From contig JACPKL010000005.1 of the NCBI GenBank assembly GCA_016187035.1, positions 7,150 through 71,149 of the forward strand: DNA of 64,000 bases. Direction: 5' to 3'. Positions 57,610 to 64,000 of the stretch are shown here, in pieces (the first letter of the stretch is position 1; each line of letters starts with the position of its first letter). Both the position numbers and the translations under genes were made by a program. Source of the stretch: Candidatus Daviesbacteria bacterium (lineage in GTDB: Bacteria; Patescibacteriota; Microgenomatia; Daviesbacterales; UBA10151). Below the pieces are notes generated by a model that searched no databases, had not been told where the DNA came from, and saw only the letters and a program-made list of their open reading frames with translations.

Positions 57610-58775
57610 TTAAATAAAGTTAGGTTAGGAATAGGAGCCATATTCTGCAATATAAAATTTTGAGCATACAGATAAATTGCTAATAATATAATAGGTAAAA
57701 TAATTTTAAATTCTTTACTAGTTAATGTTTTTTCAAACGCAATTAAAATAAATGGACCAATCGGTAAAAGATATCTAGAAATATCTCTGTGTGCAACAAA
57801 TGTAGCAGCTAACAGATAAGTTAGTGTGAAAAAAGCTAATGGATAGACCTTCCTTTTTAGAAGTGTAATTCCCCCTAAAAAGCCAAAAATATAAATAAAA
57901 ATTATATCTTCTAACCAAATATCCCCAACCCAGAATTGTGATTTGTTGAAAACTTGAAAAGGAGGAAATGTGAGATGAATATTATCTCCGCTATGGAAGT
58001 AAGCCCAGAAATCTTGATAGGTTTGACTATATAAATAAAATATTCCCAATAATCCTAGAGGGATAAAGATTATTGGAAAGTACTTTAAGTAATCAATCCA
58101 AGCTTTCTTAAGTCCGATGTCTTTTATTAGTAAATAAAATCTGAAATGTACATAAAGTATTAAAGCAATAAATAGTAGAATACCGGGGGGTCTAGTAATT
58201 TGAGCGAATAGCCCTGCAATGGCTGCAAGGATAATATCTATGAAATGTTTAGTTTCCTCAAATCTTATGAAAAAATATAACGCAGTAATAATTAAAAAAA
58301 TAAATAAAGGTTCTGAAGAGCCAACACTATGAACAATTAACCATCTGGCAGGTAGAATCAAAAAAAGAACGCTTAAAAATAGGGGATGCCCACTAAGTTT
58401 CAGGTTTTTAACTAAAAAATAGAATGATATTGACGAAGCGATCGTAAAAAACACAGATACAAATAACATTGATTTTAAATAACCTAATAGAAAAGCGAAC
58501 GTACTTATCAAAATAGAATACCCAGGAAAATGTGAGGCAAAATAAATAGCAGGAAGTGATTGAGGGAGCGAAGCGATTAGATTTGGATTATAAAAAGTTT
58601 TTGCAATGATGATATACTCCAACCCGTCAAAATTTCTATAGATTGTGGAAAATCCCTCTTTGAAGGATAAACCCCAGAAATTTGGTACTGATAAAAGGTG
58701 TGGCAACCAAACAAAAAGCGTTAGAGCAAAAGTGCAAACTATTAAAATAACAATATCTTTAATTGTCTTGCTCAT
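57606..58775 (-). CDS. GT-C-like polytopic membrane protein
   Basis: 389 aa, about 11 TM helices. First loop YRNFDGLEYIIIAKTFY. Convergent 4-nt overlap with the GT2-GtrA gene. Confidence 0.5.
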   Translation of the reverse strand: MSKTIKDIVILIVCTFALTLFVWLPHLLSVPNFWGLSFKEGFSTIYRNFDGLEYIIIAKTFYNPNLIASLPQSLPAIYFASHFPGYSILISTFAFLLGYLKSMLFVSVFFTIASSISFYFLVKNLKLSGHPLFLSVLFLILPARWLIVHSVGSSEPLFIFLIITALYFFIRFEETKHFIDIILAAIAGLFAQITRPPGILLFIALILYVHFRFYLLIKDIGLKKAWIDYLKYFPIIFIPLGLLGIFYLYSQTYQDFWAYFHSGDNIHLTFPPFQVFNKSQFWVGDIWLEDIIFIYIFGFLGGITLLKRKVYPLAFFTLTYLLAATFVAHRDISRYLLPIGPFILIAFEKTLTSKEFKIILPIILLAIYLYAQNFILQNMAPIPNLTLFN

Positions 58776-58825
58776 GCTCCAATTATTCTAGCATGAAGAG
58801 CTTAAGCTATGCTACACTTGATTAA

Positions 58826-61006
58826 ATGAAAACTCAAGCCCTGTCAGTTTTTTTTCCTTCTGTTAACGAAGAAGGCAATATTGAGATAACGGTTGGAAAG
58901 GCAGATAAAGTCTTAAAAAGATTAGATTTAGATTATGAAATTATCGTTGTAAACGATGGTTCAACAGACCATACTCGCACTATTGCTGAAAACTTAGCCA
59001 AGAAGAACTCAAAAATTAGAGTAATAAATCATCAAAGGAATTTAGGTTATGGAGAGGCTCTAAAGTCAGGATTTTATAATGCTAAATATGACACTATAGT
59101 TTATACAGATGGAGATGGGCAATTTGATTTTTCAGAGGTAGTAAAATTTTTAGAAAATATTGAGGATCATGATTTAGTTATAGGTTACAGAATTAAAAGA
59201 CAAGATTCATTTTTAAGGAAACTTTTTGGTAAAGGATGGAGATTATCTCTCTTAATCTTTTTTGGTTTAAGGCTTAAAGACGTGGACTGTGGATTTAAAA
59301 TGATCAAAAGAAAAGTTTTAGAAACTATCCCTCATCTGGAATCTCAAAGAGGAGCTATGATTAATGCGGAGTTAGTAATAAAGACAAAAAAATTCGGATT
59401 TAACGTTACTCAAGTTGGAGTTAATCACTATCCACGTTTAGCCGGTAAACCAACTGGCGCCAATATAAGAGTAATTATAAAATCTTATCTAGATTTAATT
59501 AGATTATGGTGGAAATTAAAGAATCAAAAGTTGTTATTTATGGCTTTCCTGTTAATCCTATCTTTAGCTACGTTTTTAAGGTTTTTTAAATTATCTGAGT
59601 ATATGACTTTCTTAGGAGATGAAGGAAGAGATGCCTTAGTTGTGAAAGATATGTTAACGAATTATCACTTTCCTTTAATTGGTCCTCCTACATCAGTAGG
59701 AAATATTTATCTCGGACCCCTTTATTATTATATGATGGCTTTTTCTATGATGATTTTCTGGCTAAATCCGATAGCTGCAGCTATGATGAATGCTTTAGTT
59801 GGAGTAGCGGTTGTAGTCTTAATTTACTGCTTAGGGAAAATTTGGTTTAACAAAGCGGCTGGTTTAATAGCGTCTTTCTTTTATGCAATTTCTCCGATAA
59901 CAATAATATATTCTAAATCATCTTGGAATCCGAATCCTGCTCCATTTTTTGCACTGATCTCAATGTTGGGACTTTATAAAGTAAATAAAACCGGTAATTT
60001 TTTATGGTTAATATTAACTGGAATTATGGTTGCAGCTGCTTTGCAGATGCATTATTTGGCCCTAATTCTAATACCTATTTGTGCAGTTATTTGGTTATAT
60101 GAAATACTCTTTAGGATTCAAAGAAAAGAACAAATTAGACACTTTTTCATGGGGACATCTTTAGGAATTTTATTCTTTCTTCTTGTGATGTCTCCTCTAT
60201 TTTGGTTTGATTTAAGGCATAATCTCCTAAATTACCGGGGAATTATAGAACTAATGTCAAGTGACAGTGCTATAAAGGGGAATTTATTTAATAATTTATT
60301 AAAAATTCCTAATCTTTATTCCTATAATTTGATAGGAAGGTATATTGCTGGAGAAAATCTTATCTTGACTTGGATTTTATCCTTAGTTATTTTAATACCA
60401 TTTGCTGCATCAATTTACCAAAGAGTTAGATCCAATAAAATTATTTGGCCTTACTTTGTTTTAGGAGTATGGTTATTTGTTGGTCTTCTAGGTTTATCTT
60501 TTTATCAGCAAGGTATTTACGACCACTATTTAGGGTTTATGAATCCTGTCCCTTTTTTGCTTTTAGGATCACTAGCAACAGTGAAATATAAAAAAAAGAT
60601 TACTAAAGTTTTATTATTAAGTCTAGTTCTGCTTCTAGCTTATGTTAATTTACAGAAAAATCCTTTAAACAACAAACCCAACAATCAACTTAAAAGAACT
60701 CAAGATGTTGCGCGGTTTGTAATTAATAAAACAGAAGGAAAGGATTTTAATTTTGCATTAATCGCTGAAAGTAATTACGATGCAGCTTATCAATTCTATC
60801 TTGATCAGTATGATCATAAACCAAAACAAGTTCCGTTCGATATCACAGATCAATTATTTGTAGTTTGCGAAGATTCTGTTTGCGACCCTACACATAATGC
60901 TAAATATGAAGTAGCAGCTTTTGGTTGGTCAAAAATTGATTGGATGGAGGAATATTCAGGTGTTAAACTTTACAAACTTATACATAATCCAAGCGGCAAG
61001 CCATAA
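58826..61006 (+). CDS. Fusion of a GT2 polyprenyl-phosphate sugar synthase and a GT-C membrane transferase-like domain
   Basis: N-terminus LSVFFPSVNEEGNI, IIVVNDGSTDHT, TDGDGQFD (GT2, aa 1-230). From about aa 236 (nt 59531) a polytopic domain with FLGDEGRDALVVKDM first loop and a soluble C-terminal domain. 726 aa. Confidence 0.75.
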   Translation: MKTQALSVFFPSVNEEGNIEITVGKADKVLKRLDLDYEIIVVNDGSTDHTRTIAENLAKKNSKIRVINHQRNLGYGEALKSGFYNAKYDTIVYTDGDGQFDFSEVVKFLENIEDHDLVIGYRIKRQDSFLRKLFGKGWRLSLLIFFGLRLKDVDCGFKMIKRKVLETIPHLESQRGAMINAELVIKTKKFGFNVTQVGVNHYPRLAGKPTGANIRVIIKSYLDLIRLWWKLKNQKLLFMAFLLILSLATFLRFFKLSEYMTFLGDEGRDALVVKDMLTNYHFPLIGPPTSVGNIYLGPLYYYMMAFSMMIFWLNPIAAAMMNALVGVAVVVLIYCLGKIWFNKAAGLIASFFYAISPITIIYSKSSWNPNPAPFFALISMLGLYKVNKTGNFLWLILTGIMVAAALQMHYLALILIPICAVIWLYEILFRIQRKEQIRHFFMGTSLGILFFLLVMSPLFWFDLRHNLLNYRGIIELMSSDSAIKGNLFNNLLKIPNLYSYNLIGRYIAGENLILTWILSLVILIPFAASIYQRVRSNKIIWPYFVLGVWLFVGLLGLSFYQQGIYDHYLGFMNPVPFLLLGSLATVKYKKKITKVLLLSLVLLLAYVNLQKNPLNNKPNNQLKRTQDVARFVINKTEGKDFNFALIAESNYDAAYQFYLDQYDHKPKQVPFDITDQLFVVCEDSVCDPTHNAKYEVAAFGWSKIDWMEEYSGVKLYKLIHNPSGKP

Positions 61007-61011
61007 TTAAT

Positions 61012-61767
61012 ATGAAAGAATTAACCATAATTATACCTTCATATAATGAGTCAGCTAATTTAAAAAGGGGAGTATTAGAAGGAGTATCAAGCTATTTAGA
61101 AAAACTAAAGATTAATTATGAAGTATTGATAGTCGATGATGGTTCTTCGGACAATTCAGTAGAGTTAGTTAAAAAGTATATTTCCAAAATGGGGACTTCC
61201 TCTAGAGGTGAAAATCTTAAATTAATACAAAATAAACACGGCGGCAAAGCTAAGGCAGTGCTGACTGGGATGGAAAAAGCAAGCGGGGAAACAGTCTTGT
61301 TTACAGATATGGATCAAGCTACCCCTATAAACCAATTAGAAAAATTTATTCCTAAGTTCAAAGAAGGATACGATATTGTAATTGGATCAAGAAAAGGAAG
61401 AAAAGGGGCGCCTATGATTAGGAAAATAGCAGCGTGGATCTTTTCGATCTTAAGAGGATTAATTTTAGGACTTCCTTTTAAAGATACTCAATGTGGTTTT
61501 AAAGCCTTTTCTAAGAATTCAGTCAATAAAATACTTCCTAAGATTAGAAGTGAATGGGGTGAATTACACTTCAGAGGAGGGGCAGTAAATGCAGGATTTG
61601 ATGTTGAGCTTCTTTACCTATCTAAAAAGTATGGTCTAAAAATCGCAGAGGTTGGAGTAGAATGGAATTATGTTGATACAGAAAGAGTGCAAGTTGTTAA
61701 AGATGCTTTAGCAGCAATTTATGATATGTTGAGAATCAGAATGAATGATTTCCGTGGTAAGTATTAA
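61012..61767 (+). CDS. GT2 glycosyltransferase (dolichyl/polyprenyl-phosphate beta-glucosyltransferase-like)
   Basis: LTIIIPSYNESANL, VLIVDDGSSDNS, TDMDQATP. 251 aa. Confidence 0.8.
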   Translation: MKELTIIIPSYNESANLKRGVLEGVSSYLEKLKINYEVLIVDDGSSDNSVELVKKYISKMGTSSRGENLKLIQNKHGGKAKAVLTGMEKASGETVLFTDMDQATPINQLEKFIPKFKEGYDIVIGSRKGRKGAPMIRKIAAWIFSILRGLILGLPFKDTQCGFKAFSKNSVNKILPKIRSEWGELHFRGGAVNAGFDVELLYLSKKYGLKIAEVGVEWNYVDTERVQVVKDALAAIYDMLRIRMNDFRGKY

Positions 61768-61811
61768 TTTCTGAACTTGCCTCTGCTGACTAGCAGACGT
61801 AAAATGGTAGG

Positions 61812-63311
61812 GTGAAACTTATTTTGAAACACAAAGCTAAGATTGCACTTTTTTTAATTTTAATTGTTTTCTATTTTACTCTAAGATTACCTAATTTAAC
61901 TTTACAGCCTATCTTTGCTGATGAGGCTATTTATATCAGATGGGCTCAAGTTATGAAATCTGAACCTACCTTAAGATTCTTACCTTTGACTGATGGGAAA
62001 ACACCTCTTTTTATGTGGATGATGATACCTTTTTTTAAAGTATTTAAAGATCCCCTTTTTGCTGGTAGGTTTTTATCCGTATTTAGTGGTTTTTTTACTC
62101 TTTTGGGGGTTTATTTCTTAACCAAGAAAGCTTTTAACTTAAAAGCTGCATTCTGGGCAGCTTTATTTTATGTAATTACACCATATACAGTTTTCTTTGA
62201 TCGGATGGCTTTAGTAGATTCTATGTTATCCGCTTTTACTATTTGGATAATATATTTTGCTATTTGGTTAGTTGAAAGTATCAGACTAGATCTAGCAATG
62301 ATTTTAGGATATTTAACGGGAGGAGCGATTTTAACCAAGACCCCCGGCTTGATTAATATTTTAATACTACCTCTTTCTGTTGTGGCCTTTTTTGGAAAAA
62401 GAGGGGTGAAGAGATCATTTCTAAAATTAGTAACCTTTTGGTTAGTAGCGATAAGTATAGCTCTGGTGATGTATAATATGCTTAGGTTAGGTCCTGAATT
62501 TAATAAATTATCAACAAGAAATACAGATTATGTATTTTCACCACTAGAACTCATTGGGAGACCTCTTGATCCATTCATCCCGCATTTTCATGACATGCAA
62601 GATTGGTTTCCAAAGCTTTTTACTATACCTACATTATTATTAATAATCATGGGGATTTTCTATTCTTTGAAAAAATTTAACAGTAAAGCCTTAGTTATTT
62701 TGTTTTGGCTAGTGATTCCTATGCTTTCATCGATGGTATTTCTAAAAACCTTTACAGCTAGATATTTATTAACTTCTGTTGCCCCTCTATTAACTTTTGC
62801 AGGTTTCGGACTTGCCAAATTAAACGATAAATTGAAATTAAAAAGTTATATTAAAATTTTACTATCTCTGCTTATCTTTCTACCACTATCTTTAAATTTT
62901 GATTATCAACTGATTAATAATCCTCCTCCGTCTGATTTACCTAAGGAAGAAAGAAAGGGATATTTTGAAGATTGGACAGCCGGATATGGATTTAAAGAGA
63001 TTGCTAATTTTTTAGTAGAAAAAAGCAAAGAGAGGAATGTAGTTGTCGGAACTGATGGATTTTTTGGAACCCTTCCAGACGGAATTCAAATCTATCTTGA
63101 TAAATCCAAAATTTCTATTGTAGGAAGTTCAGCTACTATTTCAGCTCAAATTAGAAATGCTGCCATAGGTAATCTCACTTTTTTTGTTGGTAATAAAAAG
63201 AGCTTGCAAGGAAGTTTAAAAAATGTGCTTCTGATTAAGGAGTTTCCAAAAGTTAAGCCAGAAGATAGTTCTTTGGAGGATGCCACAGTTTTATATCAGG
63301 TTTTACCATGA
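61812..63311 (+). CDS. GT39/GT83 (ArnT-like) membrane glycosyltransferase
   Basis: PIFADEAIYIRWAQVM first-loop motif. 499 aa polytopic with a C-terminal soluble domain. Confidence 0.7.
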   Translation: MKLILKHKAKIALFLILIVFYFTLRLPNLTLQPIFADEAIYIRWAQVMKSEPTLRFLPLTDGKTPLFMWMMIPFFKVFKDPLFAGRFLSVFSGFFTLLGVYFLTKKAFNLKAAFWAALFYVITPYTVFFDRMALVDSMLSAFTIWIIYFAIWLVESIRLDLAMILGYLTGGAILTKTPGLINILILPLSVVAFFGKRGVKRSFLKLVTFWLVAISIALVMYNMLRLGPEFNKLSTRNTDYVFSPLELIGRPLDPFIPHFHDMQDWFPKLFTIPTLLLIIMGIFYSLKKFNSKALVILFWLVIPMLSSMVFLKTFTARYLLTSVAPLLTFAGFGLAKLNDKLKLKSYIKILLSLLIFLPLSLNFDYQLINNPPPSDLPKEERKGYFEDWTAGYGFKEIANFLVEKSKERNVVVGTDGFFGTLPDGIQIYLDKSKISIVGSSATISAQIRNAAIGNLTFFVGNKKSLQGSLKNVLLIKEFPKVKPEDSSLEDATVLYQVLP

Positions 63312-64000
63312 TTCAAATGAGAGCTACCCTATTGATTTTAGTATTGCTTGTTTTACCAACTTTGCTTCCTTTTTTTAATCCTAAATTTTTCTATACCCAA
63401 GATCATATTTTTATAGCTAGATTAAATCAGATAAGTACTGCTTTATCAGATGGTCATTTCCCCGTCAGATGGGTTCCTGATTTAAGGTATGGTGAACCTC
63501 TTTTTAACTATTATGCTCCTTTGCCTTATTATATTGGAGCCTTGATTCATCTAATTGGCTTCAATTTTATATGGGTATCTAAAATCCTTTTTATTTTGTC
63601 AACCACTTTATCTGCTCTTACAATGTATATTTTAGCTAAGGAGCTATTTGGTAAAAAGGGAGGATACTTAGCAGCTATTCTTTACACCTATGCTCCATAT
63701 CGAGCCGTTGATACTTATGTCAGGGGGGCATTGTCAGAAACCTGGGCTTTTGTGTTTATCCCTTTAATTTTTTATTTTTCTCTACTCCTCGCAAAGCGAG
63801 GAGTCTCCTTCCTTACGATAAGAAAGAGCTTAATAAATATTTCTTTTCTGACCTTGTCTTTAGCAGGATTATTTCTAACTCATAATGTAACAACGTTGAT
63901 GTTTCTTCCCTTTTTAGTTTTGTGGTGGATTTATTTATTAATTTTTGAAACATCAGGCTTTTTTAAACGCAAGGCTTTAGTGTTTTTAAGTTTATGTATT
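63308..64000 (+). CDS. Further GT-C/YfhO-like polytopic membrane protein (partial; runs off the right edge)
   Basis: Absent from the ORF track because no stop lies in-window. ATG at 63308 overlaps the previous stop (ATGA). MIQMRATLLILVLLVL...DGHFPVRWVPDLRYGEPLFNYYAPLPYY stays open for 231 codons to the window end. Confidence 0.6.
   Translation, partial: MIQMRATLLILVLLVLPTLLPFFNPKFFYTQDHIFIARLNQISTALSDGHFPVRWVPDLRYGEPLFNYYAPLPYYIGALIHLIGFNFIWVSKILFILSTTLSALTMYILAKELFGKKGGYLAAILYTYAPYRAVDTYVRGALSETWAFVFIPLIFYFSLLLAKRGVSFLTIRKSLINISFLTLSLAGLFLTHNVTTLMFLPFLVLWWIYLLIFETSGFFKRKALVFLSLCI

Noticed and set aside
61768-61811. Short hairpin TCTGCT-GACT-AGCAGA between the GT2 gene and the following GT-C gene, considered as a terminator.
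   Set aside because: The stem is only 6 bp with no T-tract, so it is too weak to call.

Overview
AT-rich (about 25-35% G+C in hand-counted 60-nt lines), tightly packed bacterial DNA with many 4-nt ATGA gene overlaps. Gene content and style (half-size TsaB, membrane H+-pyrophosphatase, class II RNR, many Pro/Thr/Ser-rich surface proteins) suggest a small-genome Patescibacteria/CPR-like organism; that is inference only. All calls come from reading the six-frame translations and recalling family motifs; no searches were run. Layout: (a) 1-14.9 kb is housekeeping: truncated secreted lipase-like hydrolase, cyclophilin, an nrdR-nrdJ operon whose nrdJ carries a 425-aa LAGLIDADG intein, a RayT/IS200-like Y1 transposase cassette flanked by hairpin repeats, cobA, lon, hppA and a two-component pair. 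(b) 14.95-19.95 kb is an accessory island with visibly higher G+C (43-52% in sampled lines). It holds a divergent Fic-fold protein bracketed by C-rich in-frame direct repeats, an SNase remnant, a truncated T5orf172/GIY-YIG gene, three decayed RhuM copies and a BRO-N gene separated by a 47-bp repeat. It ends near a RecD/Pif1-like helicase and a convergent tRNA-Glu(CUC). (c) 21.6-33.9 kb is housekeeping (greA, lysS, serS, secA, nnr, glnA) plus one compositionally odd orphan gene with its own consensus promoter. (d) 33.9-64 kb is, in my view, the most interesting part. It is an envelope glycosylation supercluster with at least 10 GT-C-type polytopic membrane proteins plus one fragment, three Dpm1/GtrB-like GT2 enzymes (one fused to GtrA, one fused to a GT-C domain), rmlABCD, gmd and galE. 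It is interrupted at 44.6-51.6 kb by tsaE, ftsEX, an apparently circularly permuted M23 peptidase, prfB and a tsaB-like gene. No rRNA or CRISPR array was seen.
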